A DNA stretch of 64,000 nucleotides from Methylotenera sp. (GTDB lineage: Bacteria > Pseudomonadota > Gammaproteobacteria > Burkholderiales > Methylophilaceae): NCBI GenBank assembly GCA_031379885.1, contig JANNFN010000181.1, positions 1,605-65,604 on the forward strand. The letters run 5' to 3'. The position numbers and the translations under genes were made by a program. Shown piece by piece: positions 56,102 to 64,000 of this stretch; the first letter of the stretch is position 1, and every line of letters starts with the position of its first letter. The notes beneath the pieces are model-generated. The model was given only the letters and a program-made list of their open reading frames with translations, had not been told where the DNA came from and did not search any database.

Positions 56102-57210
56102 TACGATGCAGCAAGCATGCGGTCTAACGTGAGTTTTGCTAATTTAGCATCGTGCGCTGGTACTTTGATTTGATTCACAATATTACCTTCGGCCAAGTTT
56201 TCTAGCGTCCAAGCCAAATGTTGTGGGTCAATGCGCGCCATGGTCGAGCATTCGCACACTACATGGCTCATAAATTGTACAAGTTTGCCTTCTGATTTCA
56301 TTTGCTCGGCTAAGCGATTTACCAAATTAAGCTCTGTGCCAACTAGCCATTTGGTGTTGGGGGCGGCCTCACTCACGGTGCGCAAAATATACTCGGTAGA
56401 ACCCACATAATCAGAATTTAAACACACTTCAAATGGCGCTTCTGGGTGCGAAATCACGATACCATCAGGATGATCAGCGCGAAATTTGGTGATATTTTGC
56501 AGACGGAACATTTGATGCACCGCGCAATGGCCTTTCCATAACAAAATTTTGGCGTTTTTAATTTCTTCAACCGTCAAGCCGCCTTGTGGTTGATCTGGAT
56601 CCCAAATTGGCATTTGCTCTAGAGGAATGCCCATTTTATGGCCACTCCAGCGACCTAAGTTTTGGTCCGGGAAGAACAATACTTTTTCGCGTTGCTTAAA
56701 GCTCCATTCTAAAACCTTTGGCGCGTTAGTGCTGGTGCACACAATACCGCCATGCTCACCGCAAAAAGCTTTTAAATCGGCGGCTGAGTTAATGTAGGTA
56801 ACAGGCGTGATGGTCTCATCAAAATTTAGCACTTTGCTCAGTTCACGATAGCTACGCTCGACTTTGGCTAAATTAGCCATATCGGCCATAGAGCAGCCTG
56901 CAGCAAGGTCTGGCAACACAACGATTTGTTCTGGGCGACTTAAAATATCCGCTACTTCAGCCATAAAATGCACGCCCAAAAACACGATAAATTCAGCATC
57001 TAAGTTTTCAGTATAGCGTGAGAGTTTAAGTGAGTCACCCGTGAAATCAGCGTGGCGGTAGACACCCTCATTTTGATAATGGTGGCCTAAAATCACCAAG
57101 CGCTTGCCGAGCTTAGCACGCGCAGCGATGATGCGACGCTGGCAATCGGCATCGTCAACGGCTTGGAATTTCTCAAATTTAATCGGTATTGATTGTAGAG
57201 TTGTTTGCAT
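56101..57210 (-). CDS. nadA: quinolinate synthase
   Basis: LGHHYQ, GVHFMAE, AGCSMAD, YINS and W.GHC.VH motifs. Confidence 0.95.
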   Translation of the reverse strand: MQTTLQSIPIKFEKFQAVDDADCQRRIIAARAKLGKRLVILGHHYQNEGVYRHADFTGDSLKLSRYTENLDAEFIVFLGVHFMAEVADILSRPEQIVVLPDLAAGCSMADMANLAKVERSYRELSKVLNFDETITPVTYINSAADLKAFCGEHGGIVCTSTNAPKVLEWSFKQREKVLFFPDQNLGRWSGHKMGIPLEQMPIWDPDQPQGGLTVEEIKNAKILLWKGHCAVHQMFRLQNITKFRADHPDGIVISHPEAPFEVCLNSDYVGSTEYILRTVSEAAPNTKWLVGTELNLVNRLAEQMKSEGKLVQFMSHVVCECSTMARIDPQHLAWTLENLAEGNIVNQIKVPAHDAKLAKLTLDRMLAAS

Positions 57211-57220
57211 AATTTCTATT

Positions 57221-57670
57221 TTATAACGTTAATTGGTGCAATTCACCTAATCTTTTCAAAGCATCTACATTTGTCCAAGAAAACACGCGTGTAGCAGCCT
57301 CTCGCCAATCTACCCATTCGAAGTGAACATGCTCGTTTGGTGCTAATTTGATTGGTAATTGTGACGGTAGTTCTAAACCAAATAAATGTTCCGTATTTTC
57401 TACAATGCCTGGCGCATAACGGTGACGCCAATGCGGGTAAATTTCATACACATTCGATGCATGCCAATCTTGCAAATCGTACTTAGTTGCATCTAGTCCT
57501 GTTTCTTCAAAAACCTCGCGGATGGCGGCTTGCAGCGGCGTTTCATTGCCCTCAATACTGCCCGTAACTGATTGCCAAAAACCTGCTTTATCTGCACGCT
57601 CCATCATTAATACTTGTAAATCTGGCGTATAAATAAGCACCAGCGCGGAGATAGGTGTTTTATGTTTCAA
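57221..57670 (-). CDS. nudB: dihydroneopterin triphosphate diphosphatase
   Basis: FWQSVTGS, Nudix box [19 protein letters not shown]. Confidence 0.92.
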   Translation of the reverse strand: MKHKTPISALVLIYTPDLQVLMMERADKAGFWQSVTGSIEGNETPLQAAIREVFEETGLDATKYDLQDWHASNVYEIYPHWRHRYAPGIVENTEHLFGLELPSQLPIKLAPNEHVHFEWVDWREAATRVFSWTNVDALKRLGELHQLTL

Positions 57671-58629
57671 AGTGATGTTTTATTGGGTGCGGAAGTTAAA
57701 TTTTTAGGTAGTTGAAACACTACGCTTTCAACCACACCATGTAACTCTTGTACTTCGTTAGCACCAAGTTGCTGTAGTTTAGCAATGACTTCTTTCACTA
57801 AAATTTCGGGTGCAGAGGCACCAGCTGAAACGCCAATTTTCTTTTTAGCCACCAGCCATTCAGCTTTTAAGTGAGAAGCATTATCTACCATGTAAGCCTC
57901 GACACCCTGATTTTGTGCGACTTCGCGCAGTCTATTGGAGTTTGAACTATTGGGCGAGCCAACGATAATGACCAAATCGCAATCTTTTGCCATGATTTTT
58001 ACTGCATCTTGGCGGTTTTGCGTTGCGTAACAAATATCATCACTCTTTGGCGCGTGGATATTTGGGAAGCGCTGATGCAACGCATTAATCACCAAAGCCG
58101 CATCGTCCATAGATAGCGTAGTTTGCGTCACAAATGCAAGTTGTTCAGCATCTTTTACTGTCAGATGCGCCACATCTTCTGGTGTTTCCACTAAGTACAT
58201 GCCCTGTTCGCTTTGCCCCATAGTGCCTTCAACTTCAGGGTGGCCTTTATGACCTATCATCACAATTTCCATTCCCGCTTTACGCATTTTTGCGACTTCA
58301 ATATGTACCTTAGTAACAAGTGGGCATGTGGCGTCAAAAGCCGTTAATCCGCGCGATTCTGCCTCAATTCGCACCGCTTTAGAAACGCCGTGTGCACTAA
58401 AAATTACCGTGCTTCCAGTGGGGATTTTATCCAGTTCATCTACAAAAATGGCCCCTTTTGCACGTAGTTCATCCACCACAAATTTGTTGTGTACAACCTC
58501 GTTGCGCACATAAATCGGCGCACCAAATTTTTCTAAGGCTTGTTCAACAATAATAATGGCGCGATCTACCCCCGCGCAGAAGCCGCGTGGGTTAGCGAGT
58601 ACAATGTCTGTTTTCTCAATCGTATTCAA
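57667..58629 (-). CDS. ispH: HMBPP reductase
   Basis: [28 protein letters not shown] and SSNSNRL motifs. Confidence 0.96.
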   Translation of the reverse strand: MNTIEKTDIVLANPRGFCAGVDRAIIIVEQALEKFGAPIYVRNEVVHNKFVVDELRAKGAIFVDELDKIPTGSTVIFSAHGVSKAVRIEAESRGLTAFDATCPLVTKVHIEVAKMRKAGMEIVMIGHKGHPEVEGTMGQSEQGMYLVETPEDVAHLTVKDAEQLAFVTQTTLSMDDAALVINALHQRFPNIHAPKSDDICYATQNRQDAVKIMAKDCDLVIIVGSPNSSNSNRLREVAQNQGVEAYMVDNASHLKAEWLVAKKKIGVSAGASAPEILVKEVIAKLQQLGANEVQELHGVVESVVFQLPKNLTSAPNKTSL

Positions 58630-58700
58630 ATCGTTATCTCAAATGATATAAGGGATAGCTTAATTAGGTATAATTGCACAAATTTTTAACAAATCATTTT

Positions 58701-59555
58701 ATGAAAAATACTGCAACTCTACTCATTACTTGTCCTGATACTAAAGGTCTTGTAGCGGCAATCGCTGATTTTTTGTATCAGCACAATGCCAATATTTTAC
58801 ACGCAGACCAACATCAAGATGCAGAAAATAATCTTTTTTTGATGCGTGTGGAGTGGGATGCCTCCGGCTTTAATTTAGATGAAGCAGGTTTCGACACAGC
58901 ATTTGCGCCTATTGCGAGCAAATTTAACATGGTTTGGCAGTTAAAACTCTCGCAACACAAAACGCGCGTCGCTATTATGGTTTCGCAATATGACCATTGT
59001 TTGGCAGATTTGTTGCAACGCTACAAAAGTGGAGAATTGGTTTGTGAAATTCCACTTATTATAAGCAACCACCGTAATACCGAAAGTTTAGTAAAATTTT
59101 ATGGCATTGATTTTCATTATATTGAGGTGAATAAGGACAATAAATCGCAAGCTGAGGCTGCACAGTTTAAATTGTTTGATGATTACAACATTGATTTAAT
59201 CGTGCTAGCGCGTTATATGCAGATTTTGTCGCCCGATTTTGTTGCGCGCTATCCGCAACGCATTATTAATATTCACCACTCATTTTTGCCAGCTTTTATT
59301 GGTGCGCGGCCATATCACCGGGCGTTCGAGCGTGGCGTAAAACTGATAGGTGCTACCAGTCATTATGTGACCGAGGTTTTAGATGAAGGCCCGATTATTG
59401 AGCAAGATATTGATAGAATTTCTCACCGTGACCAAGTGGAAGATTTGATTCAAAAAGGCCGAGATTTAGAGCGCGTGGTATTAAGTAAAGCGGTGCGTTG
59501 GCATATAGAAAACCGTATTTTACTTTATGCGAATAAAACTGTAATTTTTGATTAA
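58701..59555 (+). CDS. purU: formyltetrahydrofolate deformylase
   Basis: ACT domain; LARYMQIL, INIHHSFLP and GATSHYV motifs. Confidence 0.95.
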   Translation: MKNTATLLITCPDTKGLVAAIADFLYQHNANILHADQHQDAENNLFLMRVEWDASGFNLDEAGFDTAFAPIASKFNMVWQLKLSQHKTRVAIMVSQYDHCLADLLQRYKSGELVCEIPLIISNHRNTESLVKFYGIDFHYIEVNKDNKSQAEAAQFKLFDDYNIDLIVLARYMQILSPDFVARYPQRIINIHHSFLPAFIGARPYHRAFERGVKLIGATSHYVTEVLDEGPIIEQDIDRISHRDQVEDLIQKGRDLERVVLSKAVRWHIENRILLYANKTVIFD

Positions 59556-59571
59556 CGTATCATTTGGACGT

Positions 59572-59602
59572 AAAAAAAGCGAAGTGTAAACTTCGCTTTT
59601 TT
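59572..59602. terminator. bidirectional terminator
   Basis: AAAAAAAGCGAAGTGTAAACTTCGCTTTTTT. Confidence 0.85.
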
Positions 59603-59618
59603 ATTGAATGATACTTAA

Positions 59619-59795
59619 TTATTCTGCCGCGACCATATCAGGTAAGTCTTCTACAGCTTCATCATCATACGCAGCGATTTCTGGCAAACCCCCACCATCA
59701 CTAGCACCAGAACTAGCAGATGCCCCGCCTGTTGATGCGCAGCCGCTAATAAATAACATCATTACTGCTATCAAAGCAATTATAAACTTATTCAT
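59619..59795 (-). CDS. 58-aa predicted lipoprotein with an acidic tail
   Basis: MNKFIIALIAVMMLFISGCASTGGASASSGASDGGGLPEIAAYDDEAVEDLPDMVAAE*; lipobox ISGC; SD GGGGAG. Confidence 0.8.
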   Translation of the reverse strand: MNKFIIALIAVMMLFISGCASTGGASASSGASDGGGLPEIAAYDDEAVEDLPDMVAAE

Positions 59796-59833
59796 TTAAA
59801 CTCTCCCCCAAATAATCTAACAAATAATAATTT

Positions 59834-59974
59834 TTATTCTTCTGCAGGTGCGTCAATAGGTGGTACTGCCGGTTCATCAACTGGAGCAATTTCAGGCAGG
59901 GCATCATCAGCAAAAGCGATTGGTATAGCGTTAAAAGTAAGCATGGCAATAACTACAAATAAAAGTTTTTTCAT
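59834..59974 (-). CDS. 46-aa exported acidic peptide
   Basis: MKKLLFVVIAMLTFNAIPIAFADDALPEIAPVDEPAVPPIDAPAEE*; AFA cleavage site; SD GGGAG. Confidence 0.75.
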   Translation of the reverse strand: MKKLLFVVIAMLTFNAIPIAFADDALPEIAPVDEPAVPPIDAPAEE

Positions 59975-60096
59975 ATACTTCTCCCTAGACGTTTATAAAT
60001 ATAATTTTAAGAGCAATTCTTTATGATAGTAATCCTCTCAGGGATAATTTACGCTTAAGTGCTAAATTCTGCAACTATTTTTGTGGCTTTTGAGCG

Positions 60097-61359
60097 TTAC
60101 GGTAATGTTGTTTCTGATGAAAATAAATCAGCAATTTTTTCGCGTTGGCGGATGATATGAACTTTATCGCCATCTACCATAATTTCAGCCGCTCGTGGCC
60201 GTGTATTATAGTTGCTGGACATGCTCATGCCATAAGCGCCAGCAGATTTTATGGCAAGCAAATCACCTTCTTGCAGATTTAATTTTCTGTCGTGTCCTAA
60301 GAAATCACCACTCTCGCAAACTGGGCCAACAATTTCATAAATTGTAGCTTCACTAGCATGCGAATCTTTTCTGGGATTTACTGCCACAATGTCGTGATAA
60401 GCATCGTAAAGAGCGGGTCGCATCAGGTCATTCATGGCGGCATCCACAATCGCAAAATTTTTGCTTTCGGTATGTTTTAAATACTCCACTTTGCTCAGCA
60501 ATACACCCGCATTGCCCACCAGTGCGCGGCCTGGCTCAAATAGCAGTTTTACATTTTTATTGGTTAATTTAGCTAAAATGGCTTCTGCATAAACGCTAAA
60601 TTCAGGTGGTGTTTCATCTGCATAAGTAATGCCAATGCCACCACCCACGTCAATGTGTGAGATATGAATATCTTTGGCCTCAAGTGCATTTACTAAACCT
60701 AAAATTAAATCCAGTGCCTCAATAAATGGCGCAAGCTCGGTAATTTGGGAGCCAATATGGCAATCAACACCATGCACTGCAATATTAGGCATGTTGGCGG
60801 CTTGCTCGTATACCTGAATAGCGTCTTCAAACGCCACACCAAATTTATTGTTTTTTAAGCCAGTTGATATATACGGGTGCGTTTTGGCATCTACGTTGGG
60901 GTTAACGCGCAAAGATACAGGCGCGGTTTTACCCATTTCGCCTGCTACTTTGTTTAAGCGCACTAACTCGCTGGCAGATTCCACGTTAAAGCAAAATATA
61001 TTCGCATTTAAAGCAGCACGCATTTCATCTGCAGTTTTACCTACGCCAGAGAATACAATTTTTTGTGGGTCACCACCAGCGGCAAGTACGCGCGCCAGTT
61101 CGCCACCAGAAACGATATCAAAACCAGCACCTAACTTAGCAAATAAATTTAAAATTGCAATGTTTGGGTTAGCTTTTACTGCAAAACAAATCAAGTGATT
61201 TGCGCCAATTAAACCAGCCTGAAAGCTCTTAAAAGCTTGGGTGAGCGCACTTTTAGAATACACATAACAAGGGGTATTAAATTCTTTGGCTATTTGGCTA
61301 AGTGCAATATTTTCAGCGTGTAACTCGCCATTTTTTTGTGTAAAAGCATTCACAATCAA
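60097..61359 (-). CDS. lysA: diaminopimelate decarboxylase
   Basis: FAVKAN PLP lysine, HIGSQ, EPGR, GPVCESGD and GAYG motifs. Confidence 0.96.
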   Translation of the reverse strand: MIVNAFTQKNGELHAENIALSQIAKEFNTPCYVYSKSALTQAFKSFQAGLIGANHLICFAVKANPNIAILNLFAKLGAGFDIVSGGELARVLAAGGDPQKIVFSGVGKTADEMRAALNANIFCFNVESASELVRLNKVAGEMGKTAPVSLRVNPNVDAKTHPYISTGLKNNKFGVAFEDAIQVYEQAANMPNIAVHGVDCHIGSQITELAPFIEALDLILGLVNALEAKDIHISHIDVGGGIGITYADETPPEFSVYAEAILAKLTNKNVKLLFEPGRALVGNAGVLLSKVEYLKHTESKNFAIVDAAMNDLMRPALYDAYHDIVAVNPRKDSHASEATIYEIVGPVCESGDFLGHDRKLNLQEGDLLAIKSAGAYGMSMSSNYNTRPRAAEIMVDGDKVHIIRQREKIADLFSSETTLP

Positions 61360-61362
61360 TAA

Positions 61363-61536
61363 TTATTCTTTAACAGGTGTTTGAGGAGTAGGCTTGGAAG
61401 GCCCATCAGTATTGGCTTCTGGAGCCTTTTGTGGGTAGCGCTGCTCAGGAATATACAACGGCCCTTTAGTGCCGCAGCCGGCTAAAACGGCATATGCAAG
61501 GCATATCATCACAATACACATAATCGATTTAGACAT
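61363..61536 (-). CDS. lptM: small lipoprotein LptM/YifL
   Basis: Hand translation ...VLAGCGTKGPLYIP...; characteristic CG.KGPLY.P motif directly upstream of lysA. Confidence 0.85.
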   Translation of the reverse strand: MSKSIMCIVMICLAYAVLAGCGTKGPLYIPEQRYPQKAPEANTDGPSKPTPQTPVKE

Positions 61537-61708
61537 CACTATCTCGCAACAAAACTTAATTGCGATATTTTAGCATTGAATAGCGCGGAAGGCAGAATGC
61601 AAGACTTTTTAACCGCTCATGCTGCAAAAATATCCGAATATCGGATACTACTAGACAATCCACTAGGGGCTTTGGCATGATTCAATCAACCAAAAAAGGA
61701 ACGCAAAA

Positions 61709-62128
61709 ATGAATACATTAAAACAGGCGCAAAAAGGCTTTTCGTTGATTGAGTTGATGGTGGTGGTGGCGATTATCGGCATCTTGGCATCCATAGCAAT
61801 TCCAAGTTATTCAGATTACGTAAAACGCGGCAAAGCTGCTGAGGCTACATCTACATTAGCAGACTTGCGCATTAAGATGGAGCAATGTTACCAAGACAAC
61901 CGTGCTTACAATAATCCTGCGTGTTTATGTGCCCCAACCAGCGGTGCCCAGTACTTTGCTTATAGTTGCACAGTGCAAACAGCAAGTACATATACATTAA
62001 ATGCTCAAGGACAAGCAGATATGGCAGCCTTTCAGTTTGACGTAGACCAAGATAATAATAAATCGTCAAATTTTGATGGGACTTCTGGTAACACTTGTTG
62101 GTTATCTACTAAACACGGTTCTTGCTAA
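61709..62128 (+). CDS. pilE: type IV minor pilin PilE-like
   Basis: Class III signal [11 protein letters not shown]; K.EQ.YQDN. Confidence 0.85.
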   Translation: MNTLKQAQKGFSLIELMVVVAIIGILASIAIPSYSDYVKRGKAAEATSTLADLRIKMEQCYQDNRAYNNPACLCAPTSGAQYFAYSCTVQTASTYTLNAQGQADMAAFQFDVDQDNNKSSNFDGTSGNTCWLSTKHGSC

Positions 62129-62676
62129 TGACTACTAAGTCTAAACAAATAGGCTTCTCTCTAGTAGAGCTCATGATAGTTGTGGCGCTTATCGGCATAT
62201 TATCGGCTTTCGCAATACCAAGTTATCGTGATTGGATTCAAAATACGCGCATCCGTACAACTGCAGAATCGATTCAAAATGGCTTACAAAAAGCTAAAGC
62301 TGAAGCCTTACGTAAAAATGCACGTGTTATATTTACTCTGGCTAACAATGCCAGTTGGACAATAGGCTGCGTTACCCCTGTGGCTGCGGATAATAATGGG
62401 GATGGTTTGGCGGACTGCCCAGCAGTAATTGAGTCTGCTAATGCTGCTGAGGCGTCTGGCAATATATCAATTAGTACCGACTCTGGTAATTTGGCAATAA
62501 CTTTTACTAATTTAGGTATCCGTGTCCCTGCTTTGGCGGCAAATGAGTTTCAAATTGTTTCAGTTGATATGACAGGGATGACAAATAGTCGCAACTTAGA
62601 CATTAGAGTTGGTCCAGGCGGAAATGTAAAGATGTGCGACCCTAATGTGACTGCCCCTGACTTACGAGCTTGTTAA
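62128..62676 (+). CDS. FimT/FimU (GspH-like) minor pilin
   Basis: [11 protein letters not shown]; A..EA.R.N; TAATG overlap with pilE. Confidence 0.85.
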   Translation: MTTKSKQIGFSLVELMIVVALIGILSAFAIPSYRDWIQNTRIRTTAESIQNGLQKAKAEALRKNARVIFTLANNASWTIGCVTPVAADNNGDGLADCPAVIESANAAEASGNISISTDSGNLAITFTNLGIRVPALAANEFQIVSVDMTGMTNSRNLDIRVGPGGNVKMCDPNVTAPDLRAC

Positions 62677-63101
62677 TGGAAATTAAATTGATGAAAAATT
62701 TTGCAAAAAATACCAGCTATAAATTAGTAAATATTCAGCCAGCAAAACAACAGGGGGTTGTTTTGCTAGAGGCGCTGATTGCTATTTTAATTTTTTCATT
62801 CGGGTTATTGGCAATTGCTGGCTTGCAGGGGGCGATGGTTAAAAATACTACCAATTCAAATTATCGTGCCGAGGCTAGTTATGTAGTACAACAGCTAGTT
62901 GGTAAAATGTGGGCAAACCCCAATAATATTAATACCATGATAGCAACGCCACCAAACATTGCTAACCGCTTACCAAATGGCGCGATTGCAATTACTAGAA
63001 CAATTAACAACCGCCTTAATTTTAGAGTGACATGGCAAACGCCAGGTGAGTCTGTTGTGCATAATTTTGAGACTAATGCCAGCATAGATGTAAACCAATA
63101 A
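62676..63101 (+). CDS. pilV: type IV minor pilin PilV-like
   Basis: GVVLLEALIAILIFSFGLLAIAGLQ; TAATG overlap. Confidence 0.8.
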   Translation: MEIKLMKNFAKNTSYKLVNIQPAKQQGVVLLEALIAILIFSFGLLAIAGLQGAMVKNTTNSNYRAEASYVVQQLVGKMWANPNNINTMIATPPNIANRLPNGAIAITRTINNRLNFRVTWQTPGESVVHNFETNASIDVNQ

Positions 63102-63126
63102 TCAAGCCACAGGTACATTAAATATA

Positions 63127-64000
63127 ATGAATTCTTTGATAAAAAATAGATTAGAAAAACAAGCTGGTTTTAGCTTGGTAGAGCTCATGGTGGGCCTAGT
63201 AATAGGCCTGCTTGCTACTTTAGTGATTATGCAAGTATTTTCTACGTTTGAAGCGCAAAAGCGTAGCACCACAGGCACTGCAGATGCGCAAACTAACGGT
63301 AGTCTAGGCTTGTATAGCATTCAGCGTGAGGTTCAAAAAGCAGGTTTTGGTATACCGATGTTTGATGGTGATTTAACTAGCCCTAGTGTGGATAATAATT
63401 CTGCGCTTAAATGCATTTCACCTACTCCTTTACTCACACCTGCGCTTGCAGTAGATCATGACCACCTTCCTGCTTCTTTGCCGATTGATGTTTTTCCAAT
63501 TGTAATTGGCGAGGGTGGTGTAGGTGCAAGCGATACCATCACTGTGCGCTATGCCAACCCAAATGCGCATGCAAATAGAGGGACAAACCCAATACCCACA
63601 TTAGTTGTAACTCCAGTTACTGGTACGGAATTACAAGTCGTCAATAACTTAGGTTGTAAATTTGATGATATTGCAATTTACGTACAGGGTACTTCTTGCC
63701 GGTCAACGCGTGTAACAAGTACCGATGCGCAATTAAATGCAAATCCTGAGCAGATTTTTTTGGCTAGTACAGCTGGCATGGTCAACTCTGGTAGGCTAAC
63801 TTGTATTGGTGAATTCTACTTTGAAGTGGGTTTTGATGTAGTTAACAATGAGCTTAGACGTAGTGGTGTTCCAGTACTATCTGAGATTGTGGATTTGCAA
63901 GCACAGTATGGCATTGCGGCCACGGCTAACAGTAATGAAATTACACAATGGATAGATGCAACCGCTTTAACTAATAGAAACAGAATCAGAGCTATTCGTG
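63127..64000 (+). CDS. pilW: type IV minor pilin PilW-like (truncated by window end)
   Basis: Hand translation [29 protein letters not shown]...IQREVQKAGFG; position after pilV. Confidence 0.8.
   Translation, partial: MNSLIKNRLEKQAGFSLVELMVGLVIGLLATLVIMQVFSTFEAQKRSTTGTADAQTNGSLGLYSIQREVQKAGFGIPMFDGDLTSPSVDNNSALKCISPTPLLTPALAVDHDHLPASLPIDVFPIVIGEGGVGASDTITVRYANPNAHANRGTNPIPTLVVTPVTGTELQVVNNLGCKFDDIAIYVQGTSCRSTRVTSTDAQLNANPEQIFLASTAGMVNSGRLTCIGEFYFEVGFDVVNNELRRSGVPVLSEIVDLQAQYGIAATANSNEITQWIDATALTNRNRIRAIR

Noticed and set aside
59608-59799. 63-aa plus-strand ORF
   Set aside because: Antisense to the 58-aa lipoprotein gene, which has a lipobox and SD

Overview
A ~40% GC chromosomal window from a betaproteobacterial methylotroph, most likely Methylophilaceae (Methylotenera-like). 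The assignment is an inference from the PqqA peptide [23 protein letters not shown] and the gene content. The right half is mostly housekeeping: gnd, thiS-thiG-apaG-mltA, aas/lplT, glnK-amtB, ubiK-yifB, a two-component pair, metH-mpl, nadA-nudB-ispH, purU, lysA-lptM and a type IV minor-pilin cluster cut by the window end. The left ~26 kb is accessory and holds the two strongest candidates for undescribed biology. (1) Four paralogous ~50-aa genes that the ORF track misses (1-138, 1130-1282, 6143-6292, 7083-7232). They align without gaps and form two pairs: one pair has sigma54-type promoters, the other has sigma28-type promoters. They lie among other sigma54-preceded genes (a stand-alone CZB protein and trypsin-TPR proteases). 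(2) A guanidine-I (ykkC-yxkD) riboswitch at ~17490-17602 that leads an operon of an unknown protein, an APC permease and an exported metallo-beta-lactamase-fold hydrolase. No known guanidine catabolic enzyme or exporter is in that operon. A paralogous permease follows it, and a minimal eutBC locus is transcribed divergently. Also noted: a dispersed 37-bp palindromic repeat (3 copies), an orphan pqqA, a pseudo-glycosidase/LPS-kinase fusion, an AsmA-like protein with a ~550-aa cytoplasmic coiled coil, and two tandem pairs of tiny exported peptides. I found no tRNA, rRNA, CRISPR array or transposase. All family assignments come from reading motifs by eye; no database search was run.
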